Assembly: GCA_035605585.1 (NCBI GenBank)
Contig: DASTGP010000011.1
Location: forward strand, 3,834 to 67,833
Reading direction: 5' to 3'
From: Gallionella sp.
GTDB lineage: Bacteria > Pseudomonadota > Gammaproteobacteria > Burkholderiales > Gallionellaceae
DNA length: 64,000 nucleotides
Shown: positions 39,549 to 51,725 of the stretch, one piece after another
Layout of the letters: the number at the start of each line of letters is the position of its first letter
How positions within the stretch are numbered: position 1 is the first letter of the stretch
The notes under the pieces: generated by a model
Seen by the model: the letters and a program-made list of their open reading frames with translations, nothing else
The model's database searches: none
Told to the model about the DNA's origin: nothing
Program-made: the position numbers and the translations under genes

Positions 39549-39622
39549 GGATCGCGGATTGAGGGAACTGAGGCCTTTGCGTTGACTCAATCCCCAATCT
39601 TCGATTCTCGATCTCCAATCCT
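39547..39622. repeat. Heptamer-based imperfect inverted repeat (ftsK-lolA spacer)
   Basis: GAGGATC GCGGATT GAGGGAA facing CTCAATC CCCAATC TTCGATT CTCGATC TCCAATC. Confidence 0.65.
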
Positions 39623-39637
39623 TATTTGAGAAAAGAA

Positions 39638-40249
39638 ATGAAACCTATCGTTGCCCTCTTGCTGTTGTGCCTTGCGCCGTTTGCCCACGCAGGCGGCATC
39701 GACAAGCTCAAGGAATTTGTCGCTTCCACCCGTTCCGCGCAGGCGGATTTCAGTCAGGTGGTGTTGGACCAGGGCGGCAAGCGCCTCCAGAGCGCATCCG
39801 GCGTGATGCAGTTCGTGCGTCCGGGCAAGTTCCGCTGGACCTACCAGAAGCCGTACGAGCAGCTCATTGTCGGCGACGGCGCGAAGTTCTGGCTGTATGA
39901 CGTGGACCTGAACCAGGTGACGGTAAAACGGCTCGACGCCGCGCTGGGCAGCAGTCCGGCGGCGTTGTTGTCCGGCAGCAACGAGATCGAACGCGGCTTT
40001 GCGCTCAAGGAGAGCGGCAGCCAGGACGGCCTGGAATGGCTGCAAGCTACGCCCAAGGCGCAGGACAGCAGTTTCAACGGCATCCGGATGGGATTCAACG
40101 CGCAGGCCGAGTTGGTGGTCATGGAGTTGAACGACCAGTTCGGCCACAAGACCGTGCTGCGGTTTTCCGGACTGAAGCGCAATCCGCAACTGTCGCCGCA
40201 ATTATTCAAGTTCGAGCCGCCGAAAGGCGCGGATGTGCTGAGCGAGTGA
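39638..40249 (+). CDS. lolA: Outer-membrane lipoprotein carrier LolA
   Basis: Signal peptide, RPGKFRW, YDVDLNQVT, SSPAALL; ftsK-lolA-rarA synteny. Confidence 0.95.
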   Translation: MKPIVALLLLCLAPFAHAGGIDKLKEFVASTRSAQADFSQVVLDQGGKRLQSASGVMQFVRPGKFRWTYQKPYEQLIVGDGAKFWLYDVDLNQVTVKRLDAALGSSPAALLSGSNEIERGFALKESGSQDGLEWLQATPKAQDSSFNGIRMGFNAQAELVVMELNDQFGHKTVLRFSGLKRNPQLSPQLFKFEPPKGADVLSE

Positions 40250-41556
40250 TGGACGATCTGTTTGCCCCAAACCAGCCCGCCGCGCCGCTCGCCGAGCGGT
40301 TGCGTCCCAGGCATATCGATGAGGTCATCGGCCAGTCGCATCTGCTGGGAGAGGGCAAGCCGCTGCGCCTCGCGTTCCAGTCGGGCAAGCTGCATTCGAT
40401 GATCCTGTGGGGGCCGCCGGGCGTGGGTAAGACCACGCTGGCGCGCCTGATGGCCTCCGCGTTCGATGCCGAATTCGTGCCGCTGTCGGCGGTGTTGTCT
40501 GGCGTGAAGGACATCCGCGAAGCCATCGCGCAGGCCGAGCTTACCCTGCAACAGAGCGGTCGCCACACCATCCTGTTCGTCGACGAAGTCCACCGTTTCA
40601 ACAAGTCGCAGCAGGACGCATTCCTGCCGTTCGTCGAGCAGGGGCTGGTTACCTTCATCGGCGCGACCACCGAGAACCCTTCGTTCGAATTGAACAACGC
40701 CTTGCTGTCTCGGGCACAGGTGTACGTGCTGCAATCCCTGTCCGAAGCCGAGATGGGGCAGCTGTTCGAACGCGCGCAGCAGGCCGCGCTGCGGGACATC
40801 TCATTCGACGCGGCAGCGAAGGAGCGCGTGATCGGCTATGCCGATGGCGATGCGCGCCGCCTGCTCAACGTGCTGGAGCAACTGCAAACGGCGGCGGAGG
40901 CGGCAAAAACCACCAAGATCGACACCGAGTTTCTGGACGCCACACTGGCGCAGAAGATGCGCCGCTTCGACAAGGGCGGCGAGGCCTTCTACGACCAGAT
41001 CTCTGCGCTGCACAAATCGGTGCGCGGCTCCAATCCCGATGCTGCCCTATATTGGCTCGTGCGCATGTTGGATGGCGGCGCCGATCCGCGCTACCTGGCG
41101 CGGCGCATCGTGCGCATGGCCTGGGAGGATATCGGCTTGGCCGATCCGCGCGCCATCCAGTTGTGCAACGATGCCGCCGCCACCTACGAGCGCCTGGGCT
41201 CGCCTGAGGGCGAGCTGGCGCTGGCGCAGGCCGTGCTGTACCTGGCCGTTGCCGCCAAGTCGAACGCGGGATACGTCGCGTATAATGCCGCCCGCGCCTG
41301 GGTCAGGCAGGACGGTTCGCGCGAAGTGCCGCTGCGCTTGCGCAATGCCCCGACCAAATTGATGAAGCAACTGGATTACGGCAAGGATTACCGCTACGCG
41401 CACGACGAAGCGGAAGCCTATGCGGCGGGCGAAAACTATTTTCCTGATGACATGCCTGAAGTGAGCTTCTATGAGCCGACCGACCGAGGTCTGGAAGGCA
41501 AGATCGCCGAAAAGTTGGCGCACCTGAGAGAACTGGATGTAAGAGCGAAGAAATAG
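40249..41556 (+). CDS. rarA: Replication-associated recombination protein A (MgsA)
   Basis: PLAERLRP, GPPGVGKT, DEVHRF, ATTENPSF, YDQISALHKSVRGS. Confidence 0.96.
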   Translation: MDDLFAPNQPAAPLAERLRPRHIDEVIGQSHLLGEGKPLRLAFQSGKLHSMILWGPPGVGKTTLARLMASAFDAEFVPLSAVLSGVKDIREAIAQAELTLQQSGRHTILFVDEVHRFNKSQQDAFLPFVEQGLVTFIGATTENPSFELNNALLSRAQVYVLQSLSEAEMGQLFERAQQAALRDISFDAAAKERVIGYADGDARRLLNVLEQLQTAAEAAKTTKIDTEFLDATLAQKMRRFDKGGEAFYDQISALHKSVRGSNPDAALYWLVRMLDGGADPRYLARRIVRMAWEDIGLADPRAIQLCNDAAATYERLGSPEGELALAQAVLYLAVAAKSNAGYVAYNAARAWVRQDGSREVPLRLRNAPTKLMKQLDYGKDYRYAHDEAEAYAAGENYFPDDMPEVSFYEPTDRGLEGKIAEKLAHLRELDVRAKK

Positions 41557-41557
41557 T

Positions 41558-42325
41558 ATGAGTAGCAATTCAAACGAATACCAAACCAATTCCAATCAAT
41601 GGCCGGAACATGCGGCGGCACCCAACACGCACAACCGCGTGTTCGAACTGGTAAGGCAATATTTGACCGCCCCTGAGGGCAAGAAGGTGTGTGACCTGCC
41701 GTGCGGCGCGGGGGCGTTCTCCGCGCGCCTGGCGCAACTGGGCGCGGATATCACCGCGGTGGATATCGAGGCGGTCGAGCCGTTCTACTATGACCGTGGC
41801 CATCGGATCCTGGCCGACGCGAATCTGCCTCTGCCGTTCGCCGATGGCGAGTTCGATGCGATGGTCTCCATCGAGGGGATCGAGCATCTGGAGAATCCCT
41901 CGTTCTTTTTGCGCGAATGCGCGCGTGTGGTCAAGCCGGGCGGCCTGGTGTTTCTGTCCACGCCTAACATCGATAGTTTCCGTTCACGCCGTTCGACGTT
42001 CTTGCATGGCTTCCCGAAATATTTCCGGCCCAAGACTGCGGACCGCAAGGACGCCTACCATCTGCATCCGATCGACATGACATTCGTGCGCGGTGCATTG
42101 CGCAAAACCGATCTTTCCATCGTCGAGTTGGCGGTGAATCGGTTCAGCGGGCGCAATATATTCAGGGAGCTTTTGCGTCCGCTCTTTACGGCGAAGCTGC
42201 CTGAGGAGATGCGTGGACAGATCCCGTTTTACGGAGAAGTGCTGATCTATGTGTTGCGCAAGAAGGTCGCTGAGGTGAGTGCCGGTGAGGGGGCTTTGCC
42301 TCATCGCGAATCCGATTTTGCATAA
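41558..42325 (+). CDS. Class I SAM-dependent methyltransferase
   Basis: Motif I DLPCGAG, ITAVDI, LPFADGEFD, EGIEHLENP, KPGG. Confidence 0.88.
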   Translation: MSSNSNEYQTNSNQWPEHAAAPNTHNRVFELVRQYLTAPEGKKVCDLPCGAGAFSARLAQLGADITAVDIEAVEPFYYDRGHRILADANLPLPFADGEFDAMVSIEGIEHLENPSFFLRECARVVKPGGLVFLSTPNIDSFRSRRSTFLHGFPKYFRPKTADRKDAYHLHPIDMTFVRGALRKTDLSIVELAVNRFSGRNIFRELLRPLFTAKLPEEMRGQIPFYGEVLIYVLRKKVAEVSAGEGALPHRESDFA

Positions 42326-42345
42326 ATTTACTGGAGTTCTTGTTA

Positions 42346-44043
42346 ATGGTCATTCTTGGCATCAACGGCAACCGTCGCGAGCATAACTCTGCGGCGTCGG
42401 TCATTGTCGACGGCAAGCTGGTTGCGTCTGTCGAAGAGGAACGCATCTCCAGAATCAAGGGCGACAATGCCTATCCGGCCGGGGCCATCGCGGAGGTGCT
42501 GTCCATCGCGGGGTTGCGCGAGCAAGATGTCGATGTGGTTGCGCAGGCCAATTTGTCGCGCTGGGACCAGAAGCCTTATCTGGATCGACTTTTCCAACGC
42601 GTCGCGCAACTCGGTAAGCAGGAGCCGGAGCTCAGCAAGTTCTACTGGAAGCACCAGGTCGAGCGTTACGTGCGGGTGTTGCGTCCGCGCAAGAAGCCCG
42701 CGGGCGTGTTGGCGGATAAGCCGACACAGACCGTCGAACACCATCAGGCGCATGCTGCTTCGGCTTATTACGCCAGCCCGTTCGGCGACGAGCGCGTCGG
42801 CGTGATCACGCTGGATGGCGCGGGAGACTTCTCCTGGGGTTCGGTGTGGGTCGGCGAGAACGGGAAGATGCGTGAGATAGCGCACCTGCCCTACCTGAAC
42901 AGCATCGGCCTGCTTTATTCCGCCGTCACCCATCATCTCGGTTTCATCGCCGGTCGCCACGAGGGCAAAGTGCTGGGCTTGGCGGCTTTCGGCAATCCGG
43001 AGCCTTTCCTGTCGCGCCTCATGGCTCATACCAATGCGGCCGACTGGAATGCGCTGTTCGACGGGAAGCTGGCGCGCATTGCGCTGCGGCCGGTGTCGCC
43101 CATGGGGACCAGCGTTGTTGCGGAGCTGTGCGGCAGCCTGTCGCGCGAAGACATTGCGGCCGGTCTGCAGGCCTATACCGAAAAGATGATCTGCGCCTGG
43201 GTGCAGGAGCAGGTGGGCAAGCTGAACGTCAGCAAGTTGGCGTTGGCGGGCGGCGTATTTTCCAACGTCAAGCTGAACCAGCGCATCCTCGCCCTGCCCG
43301 GCGTCGAGGACATCTACGTCCACCCCAACATGGGCGACGGCGGCCTGGCGACAGGGGCTGCGTTCGAGGTTTACTCGCGCCTGCGCGGAGGCCTGCCTCC
43401 CGAACTTGCGCCGGTCTACCTGGGTACCGAGATCAACCGAGAGAATGCGCTGCAGGCACTGGGCAAGCTCGGCGTCAGCTACGAGGAACCGGAGAATTTG
43501 GCGCAGGCTGTCGGACGCCTGCTCGCCGACGGCAAGGTGGTGGCGCGCGCAGACGGGAAGATGGAATACGGCCCACGTGCGCTGGGCAACCGCACGGTGA
43601 TGGCACCCTGCCACGACCCGAGCATCAATCAGTGGCTCAACAAGAAATTTGCACGCACTGAGTTCATGCCCTTCGCGCCGGTCATCCTGCAGGAGCATGC
43701 GCAGGAGTATTTCCCTGACTGGAACGAGGATCAGATCGCTGCGCGTTTCATGACGATCACTTATGACGCGTCCGATATCGCCAAGAAGAACATCCCGGCT
43801 GCGGTGCATGTCGACGGCACGGCGCGCCCGCAGGTGATCCGGCGCGAGGACAATCCGGGGTACTACGACATCCTCAAGGAATATTGCGCCATCACGGGTG
43901 TGGCGAGCGTGATCAACACCAGCTTCAACATGCACGAGGAGCCCATCGTGCGCACTGCGGAAGAGGCGATCGTCGCCTACCAGACCGCGGGGCTGGACGC
44001 GCTGGTGCTGGGGCCTTTCCTGTGCAAGGCGAAGGCCGAATAG
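42346..44043 (+). CDS. NodU/CmcH-family carbamoyltransferase
   Basis: HNSAA, EHHQAHAASA, DGAGD, HEGKVLGLA, LAGGVFSNV, EYGPRALGNR, MPFAP, HVDGTARPQ, NTSFN. Confidence 0.93.
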   Translation: MVILGINGNRREHNSAASVIVDGKLVASVEEERISRIKGDNAYPAGAIAEVLSIAGLREQDVDVVAQANLSRWDQKPYLDRLFQRVAQLGKQEPELSKFYWKHQVERYVRVLRPRKKPAGVLADKPTQTVEHHQAHAASAYYASPFGDERVGVITLDGAGDFSWGSVWVGENGKMREIAHLPYLNSIGLLYSAVTHHLGFIAGRHEGKVLGLAAFGNPEPFLSRLMAHTNAADWNALFDGKLARIALRPVSPMGTSVVAELCGSLSREDIAAGLQAYTEKMICAWVQEQVGKLNVSKLALAGGVFSNVKLNQRILALPGVEDIYVHPNMGDGGLATGAAFEVYSRLRGGLPPELAPVYLGTEINRENALQALGKLGVSYEEPENLAQAVGRLLADGKVVARADGKMEYGPRALGNRTVMAPCHDPSINQWLNKKFARTEFMPFAPVILQEHAQEYFPDWNEDQIAARFMTITYDASDIAKKNIPAAVHVDGTARPQVIRREDNPGYYDILKEYCAITGVASVINTSFNMHEEPIVRTAEEAIVAYQTAGLDALVLGPFLCKAKAE

Positions 44044-46162
<2,119 letters not shown>

Positions 46163-46166
<4 letters not shown>

Positions 46167-47548
46167 CGCAGCAGGCGTTTCAACGGTTCGACCAGCCGAT
46201 ACGAAATCGCGCCTGAAGCGAAGGCAGTCTCATCAGGAGCTAGCCGCTTGAGCATGTCATGGTAGCTTCGGATGCTTTCCACCAATATCACTGCTTCGCC
46301 GCCGCGCGCGTAGCCGTATTTGAGCGTCTCGTAATAGCCGGGCTGGTTCAATGAGGGCATCCATTTCTTCACGTCGGCCCAGCTGTCGGGATTCATCCCC
46401 ATGCGTTTGGTCAGGATGCGTGCATCTTCCAGATGTCCGTAACCTTGGTTGTATGCGGCGAGCGACATCCACGTGCGGTCCGGTTCGGCGATGCGTTCCG
46501 GCAGTTGTTCCTTGATCAAGGCTAAGTACTTCGCACCTGCAATGATGCTCTCGCGGGCATCAAGCCGATTGCCGACGTTCATCCGGTCGGCCGTTTCCTC
46601 AGTCAGCATCATCATGCCGCGCACGTTGGTAAACGAGGTGGCGAGCGGATCCCATTGAGATTCCTGGTAGGCCAGTGCCGCCAGCAACCGCCAGTCCGAT
46701 CCGGTCAACGTCGCGGCCTCTTCGAACAGGCTGCGGTATTTCGGCAGCACCTGGTTGATGTTGGCGACGAAGGACGCGGCATCCAGTGTTTGCAGCCTGT
46801 TGTTGTGCCCATAGTAGCGTTCCAGCAGACGGCTCAATGTACCATCCCGCTCGATGCGGGAGAAGAAGACTTGCGCCTCCTTGAACAATGCGGGATCGAC
46901 ATCCCTTGAGAAGGCCCAGGCCAGCTTGGAGGGGGTGCCGATATCCATGGTCGCGACCAGGTTCGAGTAATAATTTCGCGCACTGGCGTATCGATTTTCA
47001 TTTGCTACCGTACAGTCCAGTGTTCCGTCGGCGACCTCGCGGATCAGGTCGTCTGTCGTCGCGTTGCGACGGGTGTCCCATTTGAGGGAAGGGAAATTAG
47101 CCTTGGCTTCTATCAGGGCCGCTTCCGGGGCCGAGCCAGCGGGTACGGCGAGGCTCATGTCTTGCAGATTGGCGAGGCGCCGTGGTTGCCTGTGATCCCT
47201 GTTGCAGATCAATTGCTCGCGCACGGTTTGATAAGTGGGGCCGAAGTGAAGAGCGGAAACGTTGATTTCGCTGCGTAGCGAAGCGGCTGCCAGATGGGCG
47301 CGATGTCTGCGCAGTGCACGGTCGATCTTGTTCGTGGAGCTGGGAAGCAACTCGACGGTGGAGTGCAGGTGTTCTGCAAAAAGCGTAGCCAGTTCGCGCT
47401 CGAATTCGGCCTCCGATCCTTGTGCGGTATCGGGGACGATCACCAGTAGCTTGCCATTCCGCCAGGAGGGGAGTTGGGGGACGTAACTGTACAGCAGCAA
47501 GCCGATGCCAAGGGTTATTGCAATCAAATATCCGGTTAGATTACGCAT
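46163..47548 (-). CDS. mltF: Membrane-bound lytic murein transglycosylase F
   Basis: Substrate-binding-like N-domain plus SLT domain YQESQWDP, RGMMMLT, AYNQG; ATG 47548 assumed. Confidence 0.9.
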
Positions 47549-47578
47549 GTGAACATGATGCACGAAATGGCAGGTTAC

Positions 47579-47587
47579 TGGTAGAAT
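47579..47587 (+). promoter_or_regulatory. Extended -10 promoter of tRNA-Ser
   Basis: TG-G-TAGAAT followed by GC-rich discriminator GCGCGCC. Confidence 0.6.
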
Positions 47588-47614
47588 GCGCGCCGCTGTA
47601 ATAGACCGCATCCT

Positions 47615-47705
<91 letters not shown>

Positions 47706-47712
47706 GATTAGG

Positions 47713-47744
47713 AAAGACATCCGCAAGGGTGTCTTTTTTATTTT
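47713..47744 (+). terminator. Rho-independent terminator after the tRNA
   Basis: AAAGACATCC-GCAA-GGGTGTCTTT then TTTATTTT. Confidence 0.85.
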
Positions 47745-47762
47745 GCGAACGTTTTTTGATAT

Positions 47763-47803
47763 TTGATTTACGTCAAATACCCCATCCCGATTCTGCATAC
47801 TAT
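47763..47803 (+). promoter_or_regulatory. FNR box with class II-like -10 upstream of ccoN
   Basis: TTGAT-TTAC-GTCAA (47763-47776), TACTAT (47798-47803). Confidence 0.7.
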
Positions 47804-48003
47804 CCCTACGCGCAATCAGCGCCAATCCTGACCATCCTGCGTGGTTATGCGCGTAATTAGTACGGTTTTCCCCTTTACGTGTCCCTGATTGGTGTGCCAT
47901 GATTGCGCAGCTTTTAAAGCTGTAACGAAGAGATGTGTTACTTGCTTGGCTGTATTTGAGGTAACACATTGTTTTTTAACTTGGCTCTGGGGAGGAGACT
48001 ACT

Positions 48004-49437
48004 GTGGAAGCAACTCAAGCGACACCAGTAAAGTACGACATGGAAGTGGTTCGATGGTTCACCATCGCGGCCGCTATCTACGCTGTAGTAGGTACGCTCA
48101 TCGGTGTGTATATCGCATCGGAATTGGCGTTCCCGTTTTTAAACTTTGACATTCCGTATATCACCTTCGGGCGTCTGCGTCCGTTGCATACCAATGCGGT
48201 GATCTTTGCATTCGGCGGTTGTGCGTTGATGGCGACCGGTTTCTACATGGTGCAGCGCACCGGCGCGACCAAGCTGTGGAGCAATGGCTTGGCATGGTTC
48301 ACCTTCTGGGGTTGGAACCTGATCATCGTGCTGGCCGTGATCACTCTGCCGCTGGGTCTGACTTCCGGCAAGGAGTATGCGGAGCTGGAATGGCCAATCG
48401 ACATCCTGATCGCCGTTGTGTGGCTGTCCTTCGGTCTGAACCACATCATGACCGTGTCGATCCGCAAGACCTCGCACATCTATGTGTCCAACTGGTTCAC
48501 CATGGGCATGATCGTGATGATCACCTATCTGCATGTGGTTAACAGCTTGGCCATTCCGGTCAGCCTGACCAAGTCCTACTCCATCTACACCGGCGTGCAA
48601 GACGCGATGGTGCAATGGTGGTGGGGTCACAATGCGGTGGGTTTCTACCTGACTGGCGGCTTCCTGGGCATCATGTACTATTTCGTGCCTAAGCAAGTTG
48701 GCAAGCCCGTGTTCTCCTATCGTCTGTCTGTGTTGCACTTCTGGGCGCTGACCTTCGGTTACGTTTGGCTGGGTGCTCACCATCTGCAATACACTGCTCT
48801 GCCTGACTGGACTGGTTCCTTGGGTGCTGCAGTTTCCCTGGCGATGATCATTCCGTCCTGGGGTGGTGCGATGAACGGTATGATGACTCTGTCTGGTGCA
48901 TGGGACCGTCTGCGTACCGACTACATCCTGCGCTTCCTGGTTGTGGCTCTGGCGTTCTACGCGATGTCCACCTTCGAAGGTCCGGTGATGTCCATCAAGA
49001 CCGTTAACGCTCTGTCTCACTACACTGACTGGACTGTTGGTCACGTGCACTCCGGCGCATTGGGCTGGATGGCGATGGTTGCCTACGGTGCGATGTACCA
49101 CATGGTGAAGAAGCTGTGGGGCGTGGACAAGATGTACTCCGAAGGCCTGGTGAACGTTCACTTCTGGCTGGCTACCATCGGTACGGTGGTTTACGTCGTG
49201 GCGATGTGGGTGTCCGGCATTATGCAGGGTCTGATGTGGCGTGACTACGACGAGTACGGCACTCTGACCTATACCTTCGTTGAGTCTGTATCCGCAATGC
49301 ATCCGTACTACGCGATGCGCGCAATCGGCGGTGCAATCTTCAATCTGGGTACCTGGATCGCGCTGTACAACATCGTGATGACAGTGCGTACGGCAAGTGC
49401 TGTGCGTGCCGCTAACGCTGTTCCGGCTAACGCATAA
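48004..49437 (+). CDS. ccoN: cbb3-type cytochrome c oxidase subunit I
   Basis: [50 protein letters not shown]; GTG start with GGAGGAG. Confidence 0.98.
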   Translation: MEATQATPVKYDMEVVRWFTIAAAIYAVVGTLIGVYIASELAFPFLNFDIPYITFGRLRPLHTNAVIFAFGGCALMATGFYMVQRTGATKLWSNGLAWFTFWGWNLIIVLAVITLPLGLTSGKEYAELEWPIDILIAVVWLSFGLNHIMTVSIRKTSHIYVSNWFTMGMIVMITYLHVVNSLAIPVSLTKSYSIYTGVQDAMVQWWWGHNAVGFYLTGGFLGIMYYFVPKQVGKPVFSYRLSVLHFWALTFGYVWLGAHHLQYTALPDWTGSLGAAVSLAMIIPSWGGAMNGMMTLSGAWDRLRTDYILRFLVVALAFYAMSTFEGPVMSIKTVNALSHYTDWTVGHVHSGALGWMAMVAYGAMYHMVKKLWGVDKMYSEGLVNVHFWLATIGTVVYVVAMWVSGIMQGLMWRDYDEYGTLTYTFVESVSAMHPYYAMRAIGGAIFNLGTWIALYNIVMTVRTASAVRAANAVPANA

Positions 49438-49447
49438 GGAGTGAGAC

Positions 49448-50245
49448 ATGTCTGATCACGACAAAATCTATTCGACAAAATTTCAGGACAAGATCGAACG
49501 CAACACGCTCCTGATGTTTGTAATGACCGCTTTCGCCGTGGCGATCGGCGGTATCGTGGAAATCGTTCCGTTGTTCTACTTGCCCAATACCGCGATGTCC
49601 GGCGGCGACGGCACGTTCAACGGTACGGCCCACAAGGACCAGAACGGCAACGTCATTCCGATGGACAAGATCGTCTGGAATCCGGCTACTTCCGCGCACA
49701 AGACGCTGGAAGACTGGCAGCCCGGCGACGGCGTTCGTCCTTACAAGCCGCTGGAACTGGCAGGCCGTTACGTTTACATCCGCGAAGGCTGCTTCCTGTG
49801 CCACTCGCAGATGATTCGTCCGTTCCGCGACGAGAAGGATCGTTATGGTCACTACTCGATCGCAGAAGAGTCCATGTACGACCACACCTATCAGTGGGGC
49901 TCCAAGCGTACAGGCCCGGATCTGGCTCGTGTTGGCGGCAAGTACTCGGACGAGTGGCATCGCCGTCACCTGCGCTATCCGCGTCAAGTGGTGCCTGAGT
50001 CCGTCATGCCGAACTACTTCTGGCTGGAAAACAGTCCTGTGAGAGTCGCGGAAACGGTTCAGACCATGAAGGTTATGACCATGATGCCGTTCAACCCGGT
50101 TCCTAAGACCATCTACTCGGATGCCTACATCGACGGCGCAGCTGCGCAGTTGGAAGGCAAGACTGAAATGGATGCGTTGATTGCCTTCCTGCAAGGCTTG
50201 GGCAATCACGTCAAGTTTGAAGAGGGTGTGAATTACCGTGACTAA
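49448..50245 (+). CDS. ccoO: cbb3 oxidase subunit II (monoheme) with extra N-terminal periplasmic segment
   Basis: [33 protein letters not shown]. Confidence 0.96.
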   Translation: MSDHDKIYSTKFQDKIERNTLLMFVMTAFAVAIGGIVEIVPLFYLPNTAMSGGDGTFNGTAHKDQNGNVIPMDKIVWNPATSAHKTLEDWQPGDGVRPYKPLELAGRYVYIREGCFLCHSQMIRPFRDEKDRYGHYSIAEESMYDHTYQWGSKRTGPDLARVGGKYSDEWHRRHLRYPRQVVPESVMPNYFWLENSPVRVAETVQTMKVMTMMPFNPVPKTIYSDAYIDGAAAQLEGKTEMDALIAFLQGLGNHVKFEEGVNYRD

Positions 50246-50447
50246 GCTGCTCGGGTACCTTGGGATGGACGTGGAAGTCATGACCACGAACGATTGGCTG
50301 GGAGTGTTCTTTGCCCTGGTTTCGGCGATCGGCATGGTGGCGATCTATTTCATGGTATTCCGGCCAGCCAACAAGGAATCGTTCGAGTCCCAGGGCGTTC
50401 TCGCCCTGGATGACGAAGACCCTATCAATATGGGAGAAAAAAGATGA
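50238..50447 (+). CDS. ccoQ: cbb3 oxidase small subunit
   Basis: Single TM then [10 protein letters not shown]; lies between ccoO and ccoP. Confidence 0.85.
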   Translation: MTKLLGYLGMDVEVMTTNDWLGVFFALVSAIGMVAIYFMVFRPANKESFESQGVLALDDEDPINMGEKR

Positions 50448-51379
50448 GTGAAAAACACGATGTAGGTGGCGTGACAACGACAGGCCACGTGTGGGACGAC
50501 GATCTGGGGGATCTGACCAATCAACCACCCAAGTGGTGGATGCTGGGCCTGACCGCCAGTGCGATCTGGGTGGTGGTGTACTTCCTGTACTACCCGTCGA
50601 TTCCGGTTTCTAACGCAAACAGCTTCTTCAAGGGGCTCGGTGGCTGGACCGCGATCACTGAGATGGAAGCCGACAAGAGCGTGGTGGACAATGTCCGTAA
50701 GCAATATGAAGACAAGCTGAAGAACATGACTCCGGCCGCAATCTTGGCGGATAGCCAGTTGACCGAGTACGTTACTCGTTCCGGCAAGGTGTTGTTCGGT
50801 GACAACTGCGCGGCCTGTCACGGTCAGAATGGTGTGGGCACGACCGATAAGCAAGGTCTGTTCGCTCCTATCCTGAACGACGACGACTGGTTGTACGGTG
50901 GCAAGATCGACGACATCTACGCTTCCATCACTGGTGGACGTCAGGGCATGATGCCTGCACACAAGGACATCTTGTCCGCTGCCGAGATCGATACGCTGGC
51001 TAACGCAATTGCAGCAAGCAAGCCGACTTCCACGCCGTTGTTCGCGGAAAAGGGTTGTACCGCCTGTCACGGTCCGGATGGCAAGGGTATCCAGGCCATG
51101 GGTTCGGCTAATTTGACCGACAAGATCTGGCGTTTTGACGGCTCCGTCGAAGGTATCAAGTACACCATCGCCAACGGTGTGAACGCCGGCGTTCCCGGCA
51201 CCCGTGTGGCGGTGATGCCATCCTTCCAGGCTGCAGGCAAGCTGAGCGATGCGGAAATGAAGAAGCTGGCTGTCTACGTGTACAAGTTTGGCGGTGGCCA
51301 AGCTGAAGCACCGGCACCCGCTGCAACTGCAGAGGCAGCAGCCTCCGCAGTTGAAGGGGCCGCACCCGCAGCACAGTAA
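50444..51379 (+). CDS. ccoP: cbb3 oxidase subunit III (diheme)
   Basis: TGHVWDD, PPKWW, CAACH and CTACH, MMPA and VMPSF; Ala/Pro-rich tail. Confidence 0.96.
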   Translation: MSEKHDVGGVTTTGHVWDDDLGDLTNQPPKWWMLGLTASAIWVVVYFLYYPSIPVSNANSFFKGLGGWTAITEMEADKSVVDNVRKQYEDKLKNMTPAAILADSQLTEYVTRSGKVLFGDNCAACHGQNGVGTTDKQGLFAPILNDDDWLYGGKIDDIYASITGGRQGMMPAHKDILSAAEIDTLANAIAASKPTSTPLFAEKGCTACHGPDGKGIQAMGSANLTDKIWRFDGSVEGIKYTIANGVNAGVPGTRVAVMPSFQAAGKLSDAEMKKLAVYVYKFGGGQAEAPAPAATAEAAASAVEGAAPAAQ

Positions 51380-51389
51380 TTTGTCTCAA

Positions 51390-51415
51390 TCCGTGCGGAA
51401 GCGATTCCGCACGGA
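51390..51415 (+). other. Perfect 11-bp hairpin with GNRA loop and no U-tract
   Basis: TCCGTGCGGAA-GCGA-TTCCGCACGGA. Confidence 0.8.
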
Positions 51416-51440
51416 ACTTACCTACAAGGAGATATGAGAG

Positions 51441-51560
51441 ATGAATCATGATATGGTGTTTTACGGCGTGATCGTTTGCGTAGTGGGCGCTGCCGCCGTT
51501 ATGGGTTGGCTGTTCTACATGTTGTATCGGAACGCAGTCAAAGGTACTGACAGTCAGTAA
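51441..51560 (+). CDS. 39-aa single-TM small protein (below the ORF-track cutoff)
   Basis: AAGGAG at 51426-51431, then MNHDMVFYGVIVCVVGAAAVMGWLFYMLYRNAVKGTDSQ*; terminator directly after. Confidence 0.75.
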   Translation: MNHDMVFYGVIVCVVGAAAVMGWLFYMLYRNAVKGTDSQ

Positions 51561-51577
51561 CTGCAGGAACGTTTGGG

Positions 51578-51607
51578 AAGGAGGAGAGTCATATCTCCTC
51601 CTTTTTT
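51578..51607 (+). terminator. Rho-independent terminator ending the ccoNOQP-smORF unit
   Basis: AAGGAGGAGA-GTCATA-TCTCCTCCTT then TTTT. Confidence 0.82.
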
Positions 51608-51725
51608 CGTATTGTGAACAGGATGACTCCGGATTGATTCTGCCTGTGTCGCAGAGCCTATCGGGAGCCATCTTGAAATTTGGCGATAGACCAAATCAAC
51701 GCAGGGCATATTGAGGAGCGAGGAC

